Below are positions 51,481-64,000 of a stretch of 64,000 nt of DNA, in pieces. The notes below the pieces were generated by a model. The model was not told the DNA's origin. It searched no databases and saw only the letters and a list, made by a program, of their open reading frames with translations. Position numbers and translations under genes: made by a program. The DNA comes from Iphione sp. A-MEVVRFRX5. Lineage: Eukaryota. Each line of letters opens with the position of its first letter. Within the stretch, counting starts at the first letter, position 1. Location: positions 51,522,001-51,586,000 of the forward strand of contig OZ320317.1 of assembly GCA_976226885.1 (NCBI GenBank). The letters run 5' to 3'.

Positions 51481-54400
51481 TATGACTTTAGACTCATGTG
51501 ATTTACTTCATATACATGAATCACATGAAAGGGGACAGCGATGTTCTATTACTTCTCTGCCATGGATGACCGCCGCCGGAAACCTGACGAAAAATGCGAT
51601 GTACATGTATTCACTGGCCATCAACAACTAATTAAATGTTTATTATGGTACACTGGTCTCACGGACAAAGAATTCTGAATACATATCTACTTCCCCCGTT
51701 CATTTACTGTAAATACAGGTGCAATATGCCTCTATTGTATTTGTCGTTTCGAGCAGAAGTACATTTTGGCTATCTACACATAATATAGTACCAAACTTTA
51801 ATTATAAGTAAAGAAGAGACCTGGTCAAAGACCAGAACACTAAGGAGACCAGACCAAGGAAGATAATAGATCTCAAAGAAAAGGCATGCTTATCCTTCTA
51901 TCATATAGATGAGACCAAACTATGGGAGAGACCTCCAGTCCCTAGATTGGTTTTCTTCAGAGATCTACTGTACTTCAAAAATAGCCTGTTTGTTACTGAA
52001 AACTGGTTCATAATTCCTTGATAACTAACGAATCCTGTACCAGGCTTACAGAGAATATATTGACATAGAGTAATATTATATCTTTCCCATATTAATTATG
52101 CCTAATTCATTTGTTTACTCTCCTCCCTGAACATTCCAACCACCTATGATTTGGCTATGTTCTGTCTGTGCCTGACCTTTAGCATTATTCCACCTGCTTG
52201 GTTCTACATTTCTATAGTCGTTTTTTCTGTACCTCTTTCCCTTTAACGTTCCCTTGCCTGGTGGATAAAAACCACCGCCTTTTGTAAATTTTACTGAACC
52301 TGGCACCTCCCATTCCCTTCAGGGAATAGTAAAAAATGTATTATGTTCAATATTTGCTTTTCTATTCGGGATAAATATACCCCGGTACGTTAGGAAAGTG
52401 TCAATACTCCTTTCACCTAAACTGGTATCTCTTCATCATATATAGGTCACTGGATTATACAACGTGGAAAAATAAGCTAACGAATATACCCAGGGTACTC
52501 AGTTATAATATGCAGATCAAGTGGGTTACTATGCACGTATCTAGAAGGGAACCAACAGCCTATGCTGATTTGGTTCTAATTCTGATCATAACATTAGAAT
52601 TAAAATCTCAGCAGTACGACTGCTACATGTATCTTGTAGGCCTGCTGAATGGGATATACGGCGCTGGGCGAAATGTTTGATACCTGCCAATAATTTTACG
52701 TTTTAGCCAAAAATGTCCAAGAATCCTACATCAAGGCAACACCAACAGGTGAAAACCGGTCTCTTGTATGGCGGAGAAAAACATCCGAAGAAGGTCATAA
52801 TATATTGATAATGCGTAATACCATACTCCCAAAACTTATAGTACGTGACCTTCCGCCTCTTAATGTGATCTTCTCTGTTTGATGTTGATTGTCACCTTAA
52901 GTCTACTAGGCAGGGAATGTAAACGCATACAGCCCGCGTGTAGGTGTCGGGGTTGGCACATAAACGGATGCTTCTAGGGGACCGCAAAACGGCCAGCGAT
53001 GCAAATACAGACGACCACAATTTTGACATGCTGAAAGGTTTCACCATTATTTTGAGGGTGAGTGTGGCAGTGTAAAGTTGGGGGGTGTGTGTTATGCATG
53101 CATGTTTACGTTAGTAGTGTACATTACAGTCTTGGCGTATTTGTAAATGTATTTCAATCAGGCTAGTCAGTTTTTTTCATTTGCACTTCTTGTTTAGACG
53201 GTGTACAGGCCGCGTTTTGGTACGATCATCTGGTACGATTACCAACTCGCACCTTCCTGTCTGAAGAAGTGGGACATTTTTTTTTAGCCCTGGTAACAGC
53301 TTCACTTCTTCGTAGATGCACTTCATATCTGGTATACATATATCAAAAACAACATTGTTCCCTATAGTGTGTACAAATGTGAAGGACTAATTCGAGTAAA
53401 ACCGAAATGGCGATAGTTTACATCATTTCGTTCTATTTGGTTACAGTGTGTGTTTAAGCAGCGAGCTGGCGAAGCCATGATTTTATGATAGTGTGATTCA
53501 TGCTGATAATATATGCACATTAATGCAAGGTACATATTCAGGCTCGTACGATTGCTGATTCATACCATGATTGATTTGTACCACCGCCATCACTGATCCA
53601 AACATTCATTTTTTTATCTCATTCGCCAGAATCATCAGACATTTGTAGGTGTTCAGGGCCAATATAGCCGCTATATTTCTGTCATATTTGAAGAAAATCC
53701 ATTAAGACACATGAGAGCTATAGCAGTTTAAAGATGGCATGTTATCTGAAGACGATGATGAAATCAACTAAAAGGTGGCAGTTTGATGTCTAAGTTTTGC
53801 AAAAGATTCCTGCCCACGTAAACGGTGGGAGCATTATGTATTGCGTATAACTCTCCTGTCTTTCTTATCTTGGAGTTTGCATTGCTATCATGTGACATGG
53901 AGAAATTAGTTAGTCATATTCCTCCAAGTTGTATTGTGTCTTGTTTGAGGTGCAGTCAATAATGGCACAGGTAGAGTAATGGAGGAATTTCTTGTGGTGT
54001 GAAGCTCTCTATGCACAGCAACAGTGAACTAAACAGCACAATGGAAAAAGAAAAATGACAAATACATAGCTGATTCGGCTAACATCTTCCGCCATAGGTG
54101 TTACTTCAGATGGACCCACTGCATGTGGATAAAAGAGGAGAACTAAGAAAACGTGGCCCACAGATCACTGGGCCAACTATTCTACCATTATCGTCAGAAC
54201 CTACATATACATGTATACATAATAGCAGGAGAGCGGTCTTTAAGAAGGGCAAATATTTGGAAACAATGGTCCAATTTCGAAAAGGAGAAAGCGAAAATTG
54301 ATCTTTCACCTCAAATCTATGCATCTGCCCCCCCCCTCTCTACTGACAACAGGCATACATATGACTGCCTATATATACTAACTCAGTGACCAGAACGACA

Positions 54401-55620
54401 GAAATTCATATACATGTATGTATAACCACCCAAATCCCATACATTTACAAATATTTGGAATTCATGTGGTAGTCAGTAGGACCATATACGCAATGAGAAC
54501 ACAGGTACAGCCAAGAATTCTAGATATCAGTGGGTGAAAATGAAGAAATTTCTCACCTCTGAATTAACATTGGACATTATTTCGTCAGTTTGTCAATTCG
54601 GGGCCTATCATATAAATCAAATTATTATGCAGTAGTCCTATGTCGTTATGTGTACCAACGTGTGTGATACTGTTGTAGCGTTTCGTATTGCAAAAATTAA
54701 TTGTATGTGCACACTAGGACTGAAAAATTGTGTATGGTAAAAAAAGAACCTAATCTGCGTTCCCTCCATAATGATAAGAACAATTTCCTTGTCATTATCA
54801 GGCCAATGCAGGTATGTTGCCCTACCTACATGCAATTCAAATAAAAAGGCTTCCCCATATTTCAGGCCCTTGTTTCCATTTAAAACCCCCAGGTGAGCGA
54901 CATTCCCGAGGCAATCTACAAATAATGGTCTGCAAGTTAGTCATGAAGTACTTGTCTTAACAAAGTAGTTCTCAATGCAAGACCAACCATCCTTAAAACG
55001 TATCTTTGTTCATGTTGCTATTCTAAATAAGTGAGGTTATAATTTTTGTGTGCTTCACTTTTAAGTTGACTGCATTAACCTCTGAAAAATATGGTAAATA
55101 CACATGTATCCCTAGGCCTGCACTGCCCTGTAAGGCCATTATGCTCGTACGTGAGCACTGAAAGCACATGACCATTAACGTATTAGTAGTTCACGTTTAC
55201 ACTAATAATAAACTATACACTATCTATATTTCAGGTCCGAATCCAGTCTTCAATCCGGTACAAAAAAGACTCTTAATAACCGAAATTTTGAATTCCGGAA
55301 AGTAACGATAGTTCAGAACGGAGCACAGCGGTCCAAACAGCTCGATCCTTGCACAAATATCTTAAAGGAGGGGCGACCCCTCTACGGCACGGCTGAAGAT
55401 CCACCAGTTAGACGGGAAAACAACTGGTCAGAACTTGGTTTAACAGTGATATCGTTTGTTCTACCAAATCCCAGCGTTCGCTTCTGTAACTCTTTCAGAT
55501 AAACCCGTTGCGTTTGCTTTCAGCTGAATATGATCCGAATGTTCCGGGGTGTATATTTCTGTTGTTTTCGGCTGATGCATGGGAATGTTACTTTTGGTGG
55601 AGGTCTTAACAGTCCCAAGA

Positions 55621-55795
55621 CAATTACCTATTTCCGACCATAACTACGATTCTAGCTCAAGTGGACGTATTAGTGAAAATGGTTGCAAATTGATTAGTGT
55701 TAATATAATATATCAAGACTTCTGTTCCGAGCTGAGGTGGTCGTATTAGCACGAATGAACGGAAATAGACGTGGTCGGAAATAAGGTTTTGACTG
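55621..55795. mobile_element. Decayed TA-type MITE (~175 bp), similar to the 43102 family
   Basis: Right end gtggtcggaaataaggttttgactg|ta; partial left arm cctatttccgacca. Confidence 0.45.
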
Positions 55796-58700
55796 TATGT
55801 TTGTGGTAGAAAGATACTTGACATGGTTCGTACAGGATACAGCTGGCAAGTGTCCTTTTATTCTTTTTGGTTCTCCAGAAGCGCACTCTTCTCTATCTAA
55901 ACGAAACAGTACGCAACACACTCGAAATCTATTGATGCGAGTGCCCGGAGCACTCAGGTCTACGTTGTAACTAACAGAGTACAGGAGAATTTTTCTCCGA
56001 ATCAAATACATCACATGGCATGCGATCGGAGTGTAACGCAATGCCAGCTACTCGTCATCTGTAACGTCCAAAAGGGTGAAGGGGTTGCATTAGCATTGAT
56101 TTCTGTTCCAATTGGCAATCGTCAAGCCTCATTGGTCCCGGATGGTGGGAGCGTGCAGTGGGTGTGAAATTCGCCGCCAGAATAGCAAAAAGTCGTCTGT
56201 TGTCCCCGTAAAATCCAACGTTCTTCATGACTTTTTCAGTAACGGCGTACGTTATTACGTGAATATTCAAACCAGCTTGTTTGCTTAACACCTTATAGTA
56301 CTGATTCCCTCGATGTCTTTTATCAACAAGCTGTGTACCTGGTATTACAATTAGGGTATTGCATCCCTTCAGCGTCCTGGCGTACATATGCATACATTCA
56401 TTTATACATGTAATTGCAAGCCATTTCCTGTATGGCATACCTCCATACACGCTGTTTTGTGAAAAGCGCCATCACTACATAGATAAACAGCATTGTTCAG
56501 AGCTCAGGTTCTATCTAGACATCCAGTATATTGCACGGCTTGTACTTCCATTCTTCCATTTTCTTCCTTAGTTCCCTACAGTAAAGGATATGATGTCCTA
56601 GACATGCACATTTCCATGTGTGACCTCTGAGCTGTCAAATATGTCTGCTGAATGAACCAATTTAACTTGTGGCAGGGAGGAGTCCAACAGAATTGGCAAA
56701 TATAAAGGATACCAAAGCGCAGACACTTTTATTTCAACACCGTGAGATAAGATCATCAACCGATTACTTTTCACTAGTTATTTCTTGCCCAGAGAAACCT
56801 TAAGCGTTTACATGCTCGACCAAAAGTACATCGAACATACCTGTAATAATACATTAAGTTGATATAGAGGTAACCTATAATTAATTCCTGAACAAGGTCA
56901 AGTGCATGTCTTTAGCAACAGACTGGCATAGTTATTTGCTTCTCAAATCTCATGTAGTCCCATTATGTTCATTTTCCATAACGGCGCCTGCTATTATATA
57001 CTTCATAGTGGTAATGAGAGCTTATTTTTAACAGTTGTGATGTCTGTGAAACTGTCCCTTCTATCCCCTCGTATTGCCACTCTTGTACTCAGCTTCCAAT
57101 GTAGGTCTCTGAACGAGATGGAGCAGGTTCATGTACCATCAAGTAGAAGTCTCCTGGGGAGGGACACCAGTGTTGAAGCATAGCAGTCCCTTTTAAAATT
57201 GATGAAAACATCTAGCCATGGATTGTTTTCTATCTGAGGCACAATTTTCAAGAGAACAACCAGCGATTTATTAGCAGAACAATGTGCAGCAACAGCAGTC
57301 ATAGACAGTATCTTGTGAAGAACTCTCCAAACTCTCATATACAATGTACATATGGTATACATCATCGCAGTCAAGAGTACATTGTTAGAAATATGTAAGC
57401 GTAGCCCCACCGAGTCGTTATCCACATGATAACTATTTATGAGTAATAGTATAGCTCTGTAAGCAGGCCAAATGGTACTCCTATGGCTCCTCTCTCAGAG
57501 CACAGAGGTGACTTCATTGACTTAGCGCTCTAGAACTTTACAAATACAAGATTGACAATACACTGTACAACGCCAGTGTTTAGGAGTAAACAGGTCATCC
57601 TTAATATTAAAGATATTCATATGTTAATGGCTGTGATCTTTGGCATCGAAGTGAAAATCTGTTTTTGGCCTTAAGATGCCTCACATACCTCATAGCCCCT
57701 CGTCTCTAGATACATGTACATACCGTTATCTTCATGCTGTGGGATACATATACATGTATATATGAATGAATTTCCACAGTGGAACATATGTGTGCCTATA
57801 GGGAACTAGGATGTCAGGCGGACTTTCCATGGGCACATATTCACAGTCCTGCATCCACAGCTGGGACCTGCAGGACAAGCTGGACATAGGTTTTGTAGTA
57901 CCACCACCCATATGTCTGGACATTATGAATATGGAGCCTTGTCTACAAATGCAGATTGGTGTTCACCAGTTTTCCTGGATAAGGATATGTATCTTGGATA
58001 TGTACTACACTGATTGCAGTTATCAAGGTGGCCCCAGGGTTCCCTCTCTCTATCATAGTGAACAAGTGCACATGGAAAAACCATCCAGTAGCCTGGTGGG
58101 TGCATGAGGGTAAGAAAGTTCCTAACACAGAGCAGACACTGGGAAAAGTATGTGTACATTGAAAGAACACCGTAACGCTCAGTGTTAGCGGGGCAGAGGT
58201 GGTGTAATATCAAAGCATGCGTGGCCAAATTCCACAACTACTTGGCGATACATAGCAACCACGTGACCCGTAACCACTCCGTGACCGTGTAGCTGTCCGC
58301 AGTAGTCGACGGAACGAAAGCTGAGTATGTACTACTATCAAGGATGTTATCTTTTGGAGTAACTTCACCATGCTGCGAGAAAGAACCTGCTCGTAACATT
58401 TCGCTGCATATTCAAGGCATCTTGATTCGTTCAATTATGGGAAATGCACAGGGGTATGCATTCCGTGGATGCTAACATGTGCACATGTACTTTAGACAAG
58501 AGTAGATTTTCGATGGTTTAGCTAGGAAAAAAGAGCTTCCTTGTTAACAGAATTATTTATTCTAGATTCTTCATACAATTACCTGTGTATATTACAAAAC
58601 CAGAAAAACGGTCGTTAAATTGTTAAATTTTGTGTTCATAGTTTCCGTTTGAAACTTTTTAGGTATAGAAAACTACATAATATTTGAAGGCTAGACGTAT

Positions 58701-59987
58701 CTATTATACTGTTTTCTCCAGTACCAGCTCTGCTAAATAATCCTAATTGATATTTCTTTATAATGTGCAGATATTAAGCGTGGGCTAAACTAACGTCTCC
58801 AAAGTGAAACATGTGTAATATAATTGCTGGTTCTTTGAATGGGTATACGTCATGACCGCCTCGCACTTGCCAAGTCATTCATTTACCACCTGGCAATTAT
58901 GACATATCTTTCTTAATGTCATCAGTGACCTGCAGTGTTCATCCATCAAGATAGATTAAGATCCGTATCTATGGAATGTGTCAATTCAAAACTTACCTTA
59001 TGATAACGTTTGTGTGCGTCTTTAGAGGTAATCCAACCTTACAAGTGTCAATAACGTGGAACTTGAAAATTAGGGGAATGCACTCAGTGTGATAACGGCT
59101 CTTTCAGGAGGCATTGAAGTGCACTCTAGTTGTGTCTTATTTCTGGTCAGATTGTTTTTGTCACTTGCTCTCCTAAAATTACCGGCTTAGTATCTAGATG
59201 CCAGAACGAGCAGGCGAGAGCTGGGGTGCGTGTTGAACTCAACCACTATTGCTCCTGTGGTGTTTGTGGTGGCAGCCTAGGTAGACTATGTGAACGCTCC
59301 CTTGGCCCCCCACCTGCTTCTCGCTGCGGCTCGCTGCTCAGAACTGTCTAGGAGAGCAGCAAGCAAGGGGTGTCTCGCTGGCTGTCTCACTACGCCTGCG
59401 CACCGGTGGAATGGGAGGGCTGCCTGCCGATGCCGTACCTTTTGACACCGTCGTGATATGGTCACGGTCCGCTTAGCACATGCGCAATGAAGACTTCCGC
59501 TAGGTGTGATGACGTACCAATGCACTGTTAGTGTTTGATAGGTAAGGGGTGCGTGGGGTGCAGATATCTCCTACTGTAAAGAGTAGTCAGGGCCATAACT
59601 TCTTTGGGGCCCTCTTTGTTGCCTCCTGCAGTGAGGGGTTGTCATAAGCAGAAAGCCCGGTAGCGGTTCACACTGGTAACTTGGAAAATGTCCATATAAC
59701 AGACAGGGTAGGCTAGTATGCCTAACATGGCATTAGCAGGGAAGCTTGTGGTTAACCAGCTCACGTGTATCATTCACAGATACTGCAGACGTCGAAATAT
59801 ACATATAGTCGCTGTAGCTTAGCAGATATGCATGGAACATGCTGCCTGAAGCAGGGCAGTTGGAAGAAATAACAAAGAAGACAGTATCGTAAGGGCTAAT
59901 GGACGGGAGCCAAGGACGACGAGGTTCTTTTAATTTGTGTTTATCATTTATATGCACAACTACACACGACATCCGATGATGTTATAG

Positions 59988-60290
59988 AAGGGAGGAAGGA
60001 AGGAAGGGAGGAAGGAAGGACAAGAAATAGAAAGGGAAAGAGAGGGAAAGAAATAGGGGGAGAAAAGTTGGAAACAGATCAGGAAAGAAAAGAGAAACAT
60101 AGAAGAGAAAGAAGAGAAGCGGTGCACAGGGGAGAGGAGCTGTTTGAGAGGGGAGGAAAGGTACATACGATTAAAAATAAGGACTGAGGAGGAAAACGGA
60201 TAGGAGAGGGGAGTCAGCGGATGATGCACAGAGAAAGGAATGTAATGAAGAGGAAAAGGGTCAGGTGAGGAAAAAGAGGAGGAGCCAATG
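59988..60290 (+). repeat. Purine-rich (GA) low-complexity tract
   Basis: Direct reading. Confidence 0.8.
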
Positions 60291-61024
60291 TCATTGTCTT
60301 TTCTTTCAACTTCGTCCCATATACCCATTACCTATAGTGCTATAGATCTGAGATATTTAGTTTACTGACAGTATTCTACAGAAGATAGCTGGCCAAGGGA
60401 ACTAGGCATTAAAATTCCAGGATTCCTTCACCCAGTAATGTTTAATGTTTATTTCCGCCGTACCCTTTCCTTATATGGATTTATTTTAACTACCTCGCCA
60501 CATAGTGTCACACCCTGTCGCTCCTGTTATCATTTCAGCACAGTGGTCGGAAATGTGTAGGCGGATTCACTGCATGAGACAGCTTTTTACCCGGAAAAGT
60601 ATCGCTGTGGCTCTGTGTTAAAACATGCTAGCCCACACCTTCACGTGGGCAAACCCCGTGAAGTGCGAAGGACACCACAGCAACAGGTGAACGACTAGTT
60701 GCTCGGCAAATGTTTATCTGCCGATGGTATGGTGGCTGTCATGTTGTTTGGTGGGTGGAGGCGTATAGATCAGGTTTTCCAGGCTTACCTCAAGGCACCA
60801 TGCCGCCATCAGAGCAAAAGGGTATTGACGTTCTAGCTGGACCGCCACAGATTCGGAATAAATATGATATTCTGTTCCTAAAATATCTCCCATCTGACAT
60901 TTTATGGCTAACTATAAAAAAGACGTCTGAATTGAAGTGCACTCCATTGTAATTTATTCTGTACCTAGTATGTAAGAACATTGATAGTGAATTGTCAACG
61001 AGGCTTTTTTAGCGTAAACACTAG

Positions 61025-61450
61025 AGAATGGTGTTCTTATGACACAAGACGATGAGAGTGGAGGCGAACTTTAGGAAGGAAAAATGTATCGGAATTACGA
61101 AAGGAGAGAGAAGACAATAGGATGGACGAGATGGCAGTTGGAAAGAGAAGAAAGAAAAGATAAACATGGAAAGAAGACGAGCAGGTAAGGATGCAGAGGA
61201 GAAAGATGTTAAAGAGAGGAGGAAAGAAGCACACAATGAAAATGAGGGGCTGAGGAGGAGGAGGAGAACGGAAAGCGGAGAGAAGTCACAGGGTTATGAG
61301 TAGAGAATAGACAGAAAAAGATAAAAGGATGGGTGCAGAGAAAGTCAGAGAAGAGAGGAGAGGTAAAGAAAGAGAGGGAAAGGTAGAGAAGGGGATAGGT
61401 CAAGGGTAGGTAGCAGATGAAGCTGTAGAAAAAGGAGACAGGAAAAAGAT
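61025..61450 (+). repeat. Purine-rich (GA) low-complexity tract
   Basis: Direct reading. Confidence 0.8.
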
Positions 61451-61869
61451 TAAGATTTTTATTCATTCATGCATTATTGGTGCATAAAAACAATGCATTT
61501 GACCCAAAGCACTAGAAGAAGAGATGAGAGCTAGTTCATCCAAGCCTACATTCTATGTACCCGCGTGTTCATGGTCATGTTTTGACCATGTCAACATATT
61601 GATTGAAATCTTTAGAATAACACTCTTCGGATGAACATGGGAGATTGGAACATGCCCCATTTTTCATGTTCCATTTTTCATGGAACACGGTCAGCAGTAC
61701 TAGAATATACAGACAAAACACAGTGACAAACTGTGAGTTGGTAACAGCGTGGTGGCATGGTCCATGGTGCTTCATGGCAGGAGACAACTGTGAAAACCAT
61801 GGTTACATGGAAATTACGCCTTATGAACCAAATATGTTACATATTGTATTATCTACCTTAATCACCCTA

Positions 61870-62500
61870 TGTGCGTGCTTTTCCCTCTCTAAACGTTTGT
61901 CACTTATCAGTGGCCCTATCCAGCCCGCATATCTAACTGCCCACTATCTCTCCACTGTCTTTTCAAGACTTCTAAACTCTTCGATCTCTGCCCCACTCCA
62001 CTGTTACTCCATCATTTACTCCCTTTCTCCCATTTCCCCCCTCCCTAACTATCCTGCTTTGACCCGTTCCTGTTTCTATTGCCCCATCCTACGCAATAAA
62101 TTCTGCACAGCAGAACAACTCAACTTGATTTTAACATCCTATTCCGTTTTACATGCTACACTTTATTCACTGCACTACCTATTTCCAACTAATCCTATAA
62201 AATCATTCATGTCGATTTACTACCCTATCGTGCTATTCTAATTACACTATGCTGTCGGCTTCTCTACTCTCCCTGATCTGTGATACTCTCCCCTTTATGT
62301 GCTTTACTCTCAATTCTCTACCTTTTACTCCCTTGTCAGTTCTCTATTATTATTTAGTTCAATTTCTCCTCTAATATATTCTAAGCTTACTACATTGTGT
62401 TGTCTCTCCATTGCCATCCCATTTTTTGCTTCACCTTTTCTTTGATTCTTTGATTTCTTTTTCTCTGTTCTTTAAATTACCTTTCTATTCCGTCCTTCAT
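61870..62500 (+). repeat. Pyrimidine-rich (CT) low-complexity tract
   Basis: Direct reading; produces the spurious 198-aa ORF. Confidence 0.7.
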
Positions 62501-63020
62501 ATCTTTGCCTAGTGGCCTTCGACCTCTCTAGAGCGTTTGACTTGCTTCATAGGGCCTTTTCCTACAAATAACTTTAAAATAAGGGATCGACAGAAGGTAC
62601 CTGTGGTTCCTAGGGTATTACTTCCATGAGTGCAATCGTACAAACATGCAAATAATTGCTCCTCTGACACACTAACCCAGTCCACAGGGTACCACAAGGA
62701 TGCAATTTGGGGCCGATGGCATTCGGTGTTGTCATAAACAGAGTGACAGATGTGCTCCCTCTAAAACGTCATCCTGTAAGGGCATCAAGCATTGTGGATG
62801 CACGCGGTAGGATCACAGAGCGTCTTTCTGTTAGCAAGTTGCACTTCACATAACCTGGTGCTGAATGCAACCAAGATTGGCTATCTGCTATTTGCAGAGG
62901 GGGTCATCACTGTCACCATAAATGTTTCCGGGCTACATACTAGATCAAAACCTTACTATTCACACAGTAAAAGAGTGGCTTACACTTTTAGTAAAATCAG
63001 AACTTATCTTCTCATGGATA

Positions 63021-63198
63021 CAGTAGACTCTCACCCTGCGACCAGCTGCCTTAGGTGACCATTCGTCTAAGGAGACCACTTTTGTTCAGAACCAACTCTT
63101 TCTTTGTACATTTATAACCAATGCCTTAGGTGACAATTTGCCTTAGAGGACCACTTTTCTTCAGTCCCCTTGGTGGTCGCCTAAGGCAGAGGCAACTG
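63021..63198. mobile_element. Tc1/mariner-type MITE (178 bp) with TA TSD, same size class as 43102
   Basis: ta|CAGTAGACTCTC...GCGACCA ... TGGTCGCC...GAGGCAACTG|ta; internal gaccacttt repeats resemble those of the 43102 copy. Confidence 0.65.
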
Positions 63199-63858
63199 TA
63201 CTCACAGAATGCTACTTTGAGCACTTGTGGATCCGCGCATACAATATGTGGCACCAGTTGTAACAGGCATTTGTAAAAAAAGCACTTCACACAGGCTACA
63301 GTGTACATACAATAATTGTGTGAGGCTCTTATTCAAAGGAAGACATGTAAATAGGGTTAAAGTTTAAAAAGACTATGGCCTATGATCCAAGCTGAGACAC
63401 CTTGCATGACGCATCATCTGTGTGGTAAGTTGCAGTTGGTAAAGACCTTATGTACCAGATTAGGGAAGAGCATCACACTGTATGAAAATAGGAAGATAAG
63501 ACTATTGTTGCAAGATCATTTGTACTTGTAGGCATTTAAGTGGTGGAATCAGTTAGCTGAGAACACAAAATTAATTGACTTGATGTATAAGTTTAAGAGG
63601 GAGATGTCAAGAAATTAGATTGTTGAAAATGCTGATGAGGGTTACACACTGAATTTGCAAGCAGTTCTGACATGTACATAACATGTGATGGTATACTCCG
63701 TTATGAATAATTATGTCAACTTACTTTTTTTTCTTTTGAAATTACTAATGTCCTACCAACTGTTCCTGTCATATTCTGAACAACTTTTACAATGTAGAAG
63801 AGAAGTGACTATAAACATTATTATTGTTTTTGTTCCTTTCATCTCAACTTAATTAAGG

Positions 63859-63885
63859 CTATTCAAGTTCAAGTTCAAGTTCTTT
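63859..63885 (-). repeat. (TTCAAG)3 tandem repeat, possibly the 3' tail of a minus-strand LINE
   Basis: The minus strand reads ...attaaaaagaacttgaacttgaacttgaa, resembling the short tandem tails of CR1/L2 elements. Confidence 0.35.
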
Positions 63886-64000
63886 TTAATAATCTTCTCT
63901 ATAAAAATACAGAGCTATTAAAGAGCACTAGTTGTGTAATAGAAGATGTAAGGTTCGGAAACTCAGTAGCAGTGTCTTTGAATTTCGGTTGATAACATCT

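Noticed and set aside
52115-52306. ORF ending IIGGWNVQG, resembling the start of a LINE APE endonuclease
   Set aside because: A stop follows immediately and no downstream APE motifs are visible.
57129-57425. ORF with RVWRVLHKI resembling a class C GPCR TM3 end
   Set aside because: No further transmembrane pattern or exon boundaries; likely chance.
60600-60680. HDV-like ribozyme (ttcacgt loop and gcgaa)
   Set aside because: No P1 partner upstream, P3 has a mismatch and P2 cannot form; the sequence fits a simple pseudoknot better.

Overview
Eukaryotic (animal, most likely marine invertebrate) genomic DNA, not prokaryotic. The left 17 kb holds the 5' part of one spliced minus-strand gene that I reconstructed by hand from GT-AG junctions and codon phase: 14 coding exons, 3646 nt (1215 codons + 1 nt), open throughout. 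It encodes signal peptide - Ser/Thr-rich mucin-like segment - vWA1 (degenerate MIDAS) - vWA2 - vWA3 - EGF - vWA4 - EGF - vWA5 and continues off the left edge. It looks like a secreted matrilin/collagen-VI-like matrix or adhesive protein; I do not recognise a named orthologue. The remaining ~47 kb has no convincing protein-coding exon (very long first intron or intergenic DNA). It is filled with MITEs (Harbinger-like, hAT-like, TA-flanked Tc1/mariner-like), decayed LINE and Penelope remnants, microsatellites, purine/pyrimidine tracts, one 145-N assembly gap, and a strong excess of the palindrome TACATGTA. I found no CRISPR array, rRNA or intact tRNA. All calls are by eye, without database searches.
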